Made by a program: the position numbers and the translations under genes. Under the pieces are notes generated by a model. The model saw only the letters and a program-made list of their open reading frames with translations, was not told the DNA's origin and did no database searches. DNA of 64,000 bases from Paracoccaceae bacterium (lineage in GTDB: Bacteria; Pseudomonadota; Alphaproteobacteria; Rhodobacterales; Rhodobacteraceae), in contig REDZ01000073.1 in assembly GCA_007695345.1 (NCBI GenBank), positions 9,621 through 73,620 of the forward strand, given 5' to 3'. This document shows, one piece after another, positions 58,610 to 64,000 of this stretch (the stretch's first letter is position 1; the number at the start of each line of letters is the position of its first letter).

Positions 58610-61042
58610 ATGAAATTCACGCTGTCCTGGCTGAAGGATCATCTGGACACAACGGCCAGTCTGGTCGAGATCACCGAGGCTCTGACCGATCTGGGCCTGG
58701 AGGTCGAGGAAATCATCGACCCCGCCGACGCGCTGGGCGCGTTCCGCATCGCCCGCGTGATCGAGGCCGGCCCCCATCCCGATGCCGACCGCCTGCGCCT
58801 GTGCCGGGTGGAAACATGGCCCGACGGCCCGGATGGCAGTCCCGAGGAAGTGCAGGTCGTTTGCGGTGCGCCCAATGCGCGCACTGGTATGCGCGGGGTC
58901 TTTGCACCTGTGGGCACGCATATCCCCGGCACTGGTGTTGACCTGAAACCCGGTGTGATCCGGGGTCAGGCGAGCAACGGCATGCTGTGTTCCGAGCGCG
59001 AGTTGATGCTATCGGACGATCATGACGGAATCATCGATCTGCCCCGGGATGCGCCCCTTGGTCAGCGATATATCGACTATGCCGGGCTGAATGATCCGGT
59101 GATCGATATTGCCATCACCCCCAACCGCCCTGACGCGCTGGGCGTTCGCGGCATTGCCCGCGATCTGGCTGCGCGGGGCCTGGGTGTGCTGAAGCCGCTG
59201 CCGGTCGATCCTGTCGCGGGCAGGTTCGACAGCCCCATCAGCGTGACGATTGATCCCGCGCTACGGGACAAGGGCTGTCCGCTGTTTGCCGGCCGGGTGA
59301 TCCGAGGGGTGACGAATGGCCCCTCGCCCGACTGGCTGCAAAAGCGGCTGCGCGCCATCGGGCTGCGGCCCATCTCGGCGCTGGTGGATATCACGAATTT
59401 CTTCACCTTCGATCTGAACCGCCCGCTGCATGTCTTTGACGCGGACAAGGTAGAGGGCGGACTGCGCATCCACCCGGCGCAGGGGGGCGAGGAATTGCCC
59501 GCGCTGGACGAGCGGACCTATACGCTCGCGCCCGGACAGATGGTGATTTCCGATGACAAAGGGCCGGAGAGTCTGGCGGGCATCATGGGCGGTGCAGCTT
59601 CGGGCTGCAGCGATGAGACGGTAAATGTCTTTCTGGAATCGGCCTATTGGGACCCGATCACCATTGCCGCGACCGGCCGGGCGCTGAAAATCAACTCGGA
59701 TGCGCGCTACCGTTTCGAACGTGGGGTCGACCCGGCCTTCACGCTGGACGGGCTGGAACTGGCCACGCGGATGGTGCTGGATCTGTGCGGGGGCGAGGCG
59801 TCGCATGTGGTCCAGGATGGCAGCATCCCCGACACGACCCGCGCCTATCCGTTCGACCCTGCGCGCGTGGGCGCATTGGTGGGCATGGATGTGCCCGAGG
59901 ATGCCCAGCGCGCAACCCTGCGTGCGCTGGGCTTTGCACTGGACGGTAATCAGGCGGTCCCGCCAAGCTGGCGCCCCGATATTCTGGGCAGCGCAGATCT
60001 GGTCGAAGAGATTGCGCGCGTTGCCTCGCTGAGCAAGTTGCAGGCGCGGCCGTTGCCACGCCCGCAGGCGGGTGTGCCCGATGCGATCCTGACGCCGCTG
60101 CAACAGCGCGAGCGCGCCGCGCGCCGGATTCTGGCGGGTCTGGGCTATAATGAATGCGTGACCTATAGTTTCATCGACCGGGGTGCAGCCGAGGCGTTTG
60201 GCGGAGGCAGTGATGCGCTGCGGCTGGAAAATCCGATCTCGTCCGAGATGACGCATATGCGCCCGGATCTGCTGCCGGGTCTGTTGCAGGCGGCCCATCG
60301 CAATCAGGCACGCGGGGCGGCGGATTGCATGCTGTTCGAGGTTGGCCCTGTCTTCGGTGGCGGTGAACCGGGCGAGCAGCAGACACAGGCGACCGCGCTT
60401 CTGGTGGGCCATACCGGGCCACGGGATCCGCATGCGGCGCGCCGCGCGGTCGATCTGTTCGACGCCAAGGCCGATGCCGAGGCCGTGTTATCGGCCATTG
60501 GTGCGCCTGCCAGACTGCAAATCCACCGCAATCTGCCGGGCTGGTTTCATCCGGGCCGCGCGGGCGTGTTGTCGCTGGGCCCAAAACGCGCACTGGCGAT
60601 CTATGGTGAATTGCACCCCAGAATCGTGCGCGCGTTCGATCTGAAAGGCCCGGTCATGGCGCTGAGCATCTATCTGGAGGAGCTGCCCCAGCCCAAGGCC
60701 CGCAAGACCACGCGCCCGTCACTGGTGGCCAGCACATTGCAGCCGATCTCGCGCGATTTCGCCTTCGTGCTGGGCGCGGATGTCGAGGCGCTGAGCGTGG
60801 TGAATGCCGCGCAGGGCGCGGACAAGAGGCTGATCGAGGGCGTGCAGGTCTTTGACGAATTCACCGGCCCGCGCGCCGAGGCGCAATTCGGCCCCGGCAT
60901 GAAGTCGCTCGCGATTTCGGTGCGCCTGCAGCCGCATGACAAGACCCTGACCGAAGGCGAGATCGAGGATGTGTCACGCCGGGTGGTCGAGAAGGTCGCA
61001 AAGGCCACGGGCGGGACCTTGCGCGGACAAGACAGCGCCTGA
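58610..61042 (+). CDS. pheT: Phenylalanine--tRNA ligase beta subunit
   Basis: MKFTLSWLKDHL N-terminus, tRNA-binding, B3/4, B5 and FDX-ACB regions, 810 aa. Confidence 0.95.
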   Translation: MKFTLSWLKDHLDTTASLVEITEALTDLGLEVEEIIDPADALGAFRIARVIEAGPHPDADRLRLCRVETWPDGPDGSPEEVQVVCGAPNARTGMRGVFAPVGTHIPGTGVDLKPGVIRGQASNGMLCSERELMLSDDHDGIIDLPRDAPLGQRYIDYAGLNDPVIDIAITPNRPDALGVRGIARDLAARGLGVLKPLPVDPVAGRFDSPISVTIDPALRDKGCPLFAGRVIRGVTNGPSPDWLQKRLRAIGLRPISALVDITNFFTFDLNRPLHVFDADKVEGGLRIHPAQGGEELPALDERTYTLAPGQMVISDDKGPESLAGIMGGAASGCSDETVNVFLESAYWDPITIAATGRALKINSDARYRFERGVDPAFTLDGLELATRMVLDLCGGEASHVVQDGSIPDTTRAYPFDPARVGALVGMDVPEDAQRATLRALGFALDGNQAVPPSWRPDILGSADLVEEIARVASLSKLQARPLPRPQAGVPDAILTPLQQRERAARRILAGLGYNECVTYSFIDRGAAEAFGGGSDALRLENPISSEMTHMRPDLLPGLLQAAHRNQARGAADCMLFEVGPVFGGGEPGEQQTQATALLVGHTGPRDPHAARRAVDLFDAKADAEAVLSAIGAPARLQIHRNLPGWFHPGRAGVLSLGPKRALAIYGELHPRIVRAFDLKGPVMALSIYLEELPQPKARKTTRPSLVASTLQPISRDFAFVLGADVEALSVVNAAQGADKRLIEGVQVFDEFTGPRAEAQFGPGMKSLAISVRLQPHDKTLTEGEIEDVSRRVVEKVAKATGGTLRGQDSA

Positions 61043-61073
61043 CCCCCGCTTTCCGCGCCCCGCGGGCGGCGCG

Positions 61074-61128
61074 CCCCCCCCCCCCCCCCCCCCCCGCCCC
61101 CCCGCCCCGCGAACCGGGGGGGGGTTTT
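61074..61128 (+). repeat. Homopolymer block C22-G-C7-G-C4 followed by G9-T4
   Basis: Counted directly: C at 61074-61095, 61097-61103 and 61105-61108; G at 61116-61124; T at 61125-61128. Confidence 0.9.
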
Positions 61129-61172
61129 GGGGATCCGTGTTATGTCTGGCGGAACCGGAGAAAACGAGAGGT

Positions 61173-61868
61173 ATGGCGATGACTGATACGCGGGATGCCA
61201 TTCTGGAGGCTGCGCTGATCCATGTGCCCTTTGATGGCTGGAGCGATGAGGCATTGCGCGCGGCGGCGCTGGATGTGGATATCGATATCGCGACGGCGCG
61301 CGCGCTGTTCCCGCGCGGGGGTGTCGATCTGGCGCTGGCGTTTCATCGGCGCGGCGATGCCGCACTGGCCGCGCGGTTGGCAGCCGACGATCTGAGCCAT
61401 CTGCGGTTTCGCGACCGGATCGCCACCGCCGTGCGCTACCGGATCGAGGCGGCAGAGGATCGTGAACTGGTCCGGCGGGGCACGACGCTGTTTGCGTTGC
61501 CGCCCCATACAGCGGATGGGGCGCGGGCGATCTGGGGTACGTCGGATCTGATCTGGACCGCACTTGGCGACACCTCGACTGACGGGAACTGGTATACCAA
61601 GCGCGCCACGCTCTCCGGCGTCTATTCGGCGACCGTGCTGTTCTGGCTGGGCGATGACAGCCCCGATGCGATTGCGACATGGGCTTTTCTGGACCGGCGT
61701 ATCGACGATGTGATGCAGGTGGAGCGGGTGAAAGGCGCGCTGCGCAAGAACCCTCTGGGTCGTGTGCTGATGGCCGGGCCGGATGCGCTGCTGTCATGCC
61801 TGCGCGCGCCTGGTCCGGGGGGACAGGCCGACCTGCCGGGCTATGCGCCGCCCGCGCGCGAGGGTTGA
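61173..61868 (+). CDS. COQ9-family (RpsU-divergently-transcribed-type) ubiquinone biosynthesis accessory protein
   Basis: DAILEAALIHVPFDGWSDEALRAAA... is typical of the family. Start is ATG 61173 or 61179. Confidence 0.65.
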   Translation: MAMTDTRDAILEAALIHVPFDGWSDEALRAAALDVDIDIATARALFPRGGVDLALAFHRRGDAALAARLAADDLSHLRFRDRIATAVRYRIEAAEDRELVRRGTTLFALPPHTADGARAIWGTSDLIWTALGDTSTDGNWYTKRATLSGVYSATVLFWLGDDSPDAIATWAFLDRRIDDVMQVERVKGALRKNPLGRVLMAGPDALLSCLRAPGPGGQADLPGYAPPAREG

Positions 61869-61921
61869 CGCCACGCGCTTTGCGCCGCAGGTTGCGGGCG
61901 GTGTGAACTGGAGGAAATGCG

Positions 61922-62794
61922 ATGGCGGTCGGCAGGGAGTCCCTGACCTGGTTTGAGGGCAAATGGCATCGGGGCAACACGCCGATCATCGGATCGGATG
62001 ATCATGCGGCCTGGCTGGGGTCGCAGGTGTTTGACGGGGCGCGGCAATTCGAGGGCGCACGTCCGGATCTGGACCTGCATTCGGCGCGCATCATCCGCTC
62101 GGCTGAAGCGATGGGGATGGTGCCCCCGGTGGATGCCGACACTGTGCAGGGATTGCTGGAAGAAGGCTGCGGAAAGTTTCCCGCGGATGCAGCGCTTTAT
62201 CTGCGCCCGATGATGTGGGCGCGCGATTCCAGCCCTGGAATCATCGATATCGCACCGCAAAGCACGGCTTTCGCGATCTGCATCGAGGCGCTGCCCATGC
62301 CTGCGCCTGAAGGGTTTTCGCTGACAGTATCGCCCTATTGCCGCCCGCGCCCCGACATGGCGCTGACCGAGGCGAAGGCGGCCTCGCTTTACGCCAATAA
62401 CGGGCGGATCATGGCGGATGCGCGGGCGCGCGGGTTTTCCAACGCGCTGTCGCTGGACGTGGAGGGGTATGTGGCCGAGACGGCCTCGACCAATGTGTTC
62501 ATGGTCCGCGACGGGGTCGTGTTCACGCCTGTGCCCAATGGCATGTTCCTGGCGGGGATCACGCGCGCGCGGGTGATCGCGCTATTACGCGCCGATGGGG
62601 TCGAGGTGGTCGAGACCTCGCTGACGCTGGCCGATTTCGATGCGGCAGACGAGATATTCGTGACCGGCAATATCGCCAAGGTGATGCCGGTTGCGCGCTA
62701 TCAGGAGCGGGTCTTCACAGGGACACCGCTCGCGGACCGGGCCCGCGCGCTGTACTGGGATTACGCGCTGTCGCGCGAGCGGCATCTGGTCTGA
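61922..62794 (+). CDS. Branched-chain amino acid aminotransferase (class IV)
   Basis: GGAGGA lies 6 nt before the ATG. Contains ...YLRPMMW... and ETASTNVFMV. Confidence 0.85.
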   Translation: MAVGRESLTWFEGKWHRGNTPIIGSDDHAAWLGSQVFDGARQFEGARPDLDLHSARIIRSAEAMGMVPPVDADTVQGLLEEGCGKFPADAALYLRPMMWARDSSPGIIDIAPQSTAFAICIEALPMPAPEGFSLTVSPYCRPRPDMALTEAKAASLYANNGRIMADARARGFSNALSLDVEGYVAETASTNVFMVRDGVVFTPVPNGMFLAGITRARVIALLRADGVEVVETSLTLADFDAADEIFVTGNIAKVMPVARYQERVFTGTPLADRARALYWDYALSRERHLV

Positions 62795-62823
62795 GGGTGG
62801 GTGCGGTCCGATCCGTCTGATTT

Positions 62824-62847
62824 GAGTATTTTTGGCAAGATGAAGCC
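62824..62847 (+). repeat. 24-nt AT-rich intergenic repeat, copy 3 (GAGTATTTTTGGCAAGATGAAGCC)
   Basis: Identical to 43696-43719. Ends 11 nt before the qor-like ATG. Confidence 0.75.
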
Positions 62848-62858
62848 GGGAGAGCGAG

Positions 62859-63851
62859 ATGGATCTGCCCCATGTGATGCGCGCGGTCGAGATATCGGAG
62901 CCGGGGGGGCCAGAGGTGCTGCGCGTGACCGAACGCCCGGTGCCGGTGCCCGGGCCGGGCAAGGTGGTGATCCGGCTCGCCTGGGCGGGTGTCAACCGCC
63001 CTGATGCGCTGCAGCGTTCGGGGGCTTATGACCCGCCCGAGGGCGCGAGCGATCTGCCGGGGCTGGAAGGGTCGGGTACGATTGCGGCTGTGGGGCCGGG
63101 TGTGACGCGCTGGGCGGTCGGCGACCGGGTCTGTGCGCTGTTTCCGGGCGGGGCCTATGCCGAGCATGCGCTTTGCGCGGCGGATCATGTGCTGCCGGTG
63201 CCCGAAGGGATGGGGCTGCGCGAAGCGGCCTGCCTGCCCGAGACATTCTTCACGGTCTGGTCGAATGTATTCATGCGCGGCGGTTTGCAGGCTGGCGAAC
63301 GGTTTCTGGTACATGGCGGGTCATCCGGCATCGGGACGACGGCGATCCAGCTGGCCCATGCGTTCGGCGCGCGGGTCTTTGCCACGGCGGGTTCGGCGGA
63401 GAAATGCGCGGCCTGCGCGCAGTTGGGCGCGAAACGCGCGATCAACTACCGCGAAGAGGATTTCGTCAAGATCCTGCGTGCGGAAGGCGGGGCCGATCTG
63501 ATTCTGGACATGGTGGGGGGCGAGTATCTGCCCCGTAACCTGAAGGCTTTGGCCGAGGATGGGCGGCTGGTGCAGATCGCCTTTCTGCAGGGGCCGAAGG
63601 TGGCGGTGAATTTCGCGCCCCTGATGGTGCGGCGGCTGACGATCACGGGATCGACCTTGCGGCCACAATCGGATGCGGCCAAGGCGGCCATCGCGCGTGA
63701 TCTGGAGCGTGCGGTCTGGCCGCTTTTGGCGGCGGGGCGGGTGGCACCGGTGATGGATAGCGAGTTCCCGATCGAAGGGGCGGCCGAAGCCCATGCGCGG
63801 ATGGAAAGCTCGGTTCATATTGGCAAGATCGTGTTGAAAATCGCGGCATGA
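62859..63851 (+). CDS. NAD(P)H:quinone oxidoreductase (zeta-crystallin/MDR family)
   Basis: VNRPD..., the GGSSGIGT nucleotide-binding motif, and a ...HIGKIVL C-terminus. Confidence 0.85.
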   Translation: MDLPHVMRAVEISEPGGPEVLRVTERPVPVPGPGKVVIRLAWAGVNRPDALQRSGAYDPPEGASDLPGLEGSGTIAAVGPGVTRWAVGDRVCALFPGGAYAEHALCAADHVLPVPEGMGLREAACLPETFFTVWSNVFMRGGLQAGERFLVHGGSSGIGTTAIQLAHAFGARVFATAGSAEKCAACAQLGAKRAINYREEDFVKILRAEGGADLILDMVGGEYLPRNLKALAEDGRLVQIAFLQGPKVAVNFAPLMVRRLTITGSTLRPQSDAAKAAIARDLERAVWPLLAAGRVAPVMDSEFPIEGAAEAHARMESSVHIGKIVLKIAA

Positions 63852-63937
63852 ACTGGGCGCGCGCCTGATTTGATCAAATTTTGGCTGGCGCGCGCAGAAA
63901 CACTCTTGCCAAGCGGCGGGGTTTTCATGTGGAATAA

Positions 63938-63952
63938 ACCGTGTGACACGGT
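63938..63952. promoter_or_regulatory. Perfect 15-nt palindrome, candidate operator for the gene starting near the right edge
   Basis: ACCGTGT-G-ACACGGT lies about 40 nt upstream of GGGAG-ATG at 63989-63995. Confidence 0.25.
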
Positions 63953-64000
63953 GTCGGGCAGAGGCCCCAAGCACCGGGCAAGCAAACAGGGAGATGACAA

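Noticed and set aside
60670-61989. 439-aa minus-strand ORF spanning the poly-C tract, which would encode a Gly10 run.
   Set aside because: The translation is Arg/Pro/Ser/Ala-rich nonsense, antisense to the pheT 3' end and the COQ9-like gene. The open frame is a by-product of the homopolymer and high GC.
62833-62847. Sigma-54 promoter reading of the 24-nt repeat (TGGCA...GC).
   Set aside because: The GG-to-GC spacing is one nucleotide shorter than the strict -24/-12 geometry (TGGCAC-N5-TTGC). Copy orientation relative to downstream genes is also inconsistent.

Overview
High-GC (by eye about two-thirds G+C) alphaproteobacterial, Rhodobacteraceae-like chromosomal segment centred on rpsT-dnaA-dnaN-recF. 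I call 56 protein-coding genes and one tRNA-Val(CAC). Most are housekeeping: ubiE/ubiB, mutM, dapA, leuCD, rsfS-rlmH, mobA, lon, def-def-fmt, metK, carB, pheT and a tesA/ybbA/ybbP-type module. Accessory content is limited to three loci. The first is a curli-like amyloid locus at the left edge (two curlin-repeat proteins plus a CsgH-like chaperone). The second is a REP-flanked RAYT transposase between fmt and metK. The third is a translationally coupled glycan-related operon at 44.9-48.5 kb containing two proteins of unknown function. I see no rRNA, CRISPR array, IS element, prophage or recognisable defence system, and I do not claim a new multi-gene system. The most unusual signals are non-coding. 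(1) Three nested hairpins have loops that are G3N1G3N1G3N1G3 quadruplex motifs; each sits right after a stop codon with the C-rich strand on the sense RNA. (2) A C22-G-C7-G-C4 homopolymer block follows pheT. (3) An AT-rich 24-nt element occurs three times in intergenic DNA, two copies identical. (4) About 520 bp upstream of the lon promoter has no explanation. Protein-level oddities are a second deformylase copy that lacks the metal-ligand Cys and the catalytic Glu, two genes whose conserved N-termini lie upstream of any ATG/GTG/TTG, a 285-aa unknown protein coupled to mobA where mobB usually sits, and a 749-aa extremely acidic low-complexity protein. All homology calls were made by eye from motifs in the supplied translations. 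No database search or RNA-folding computation was run.
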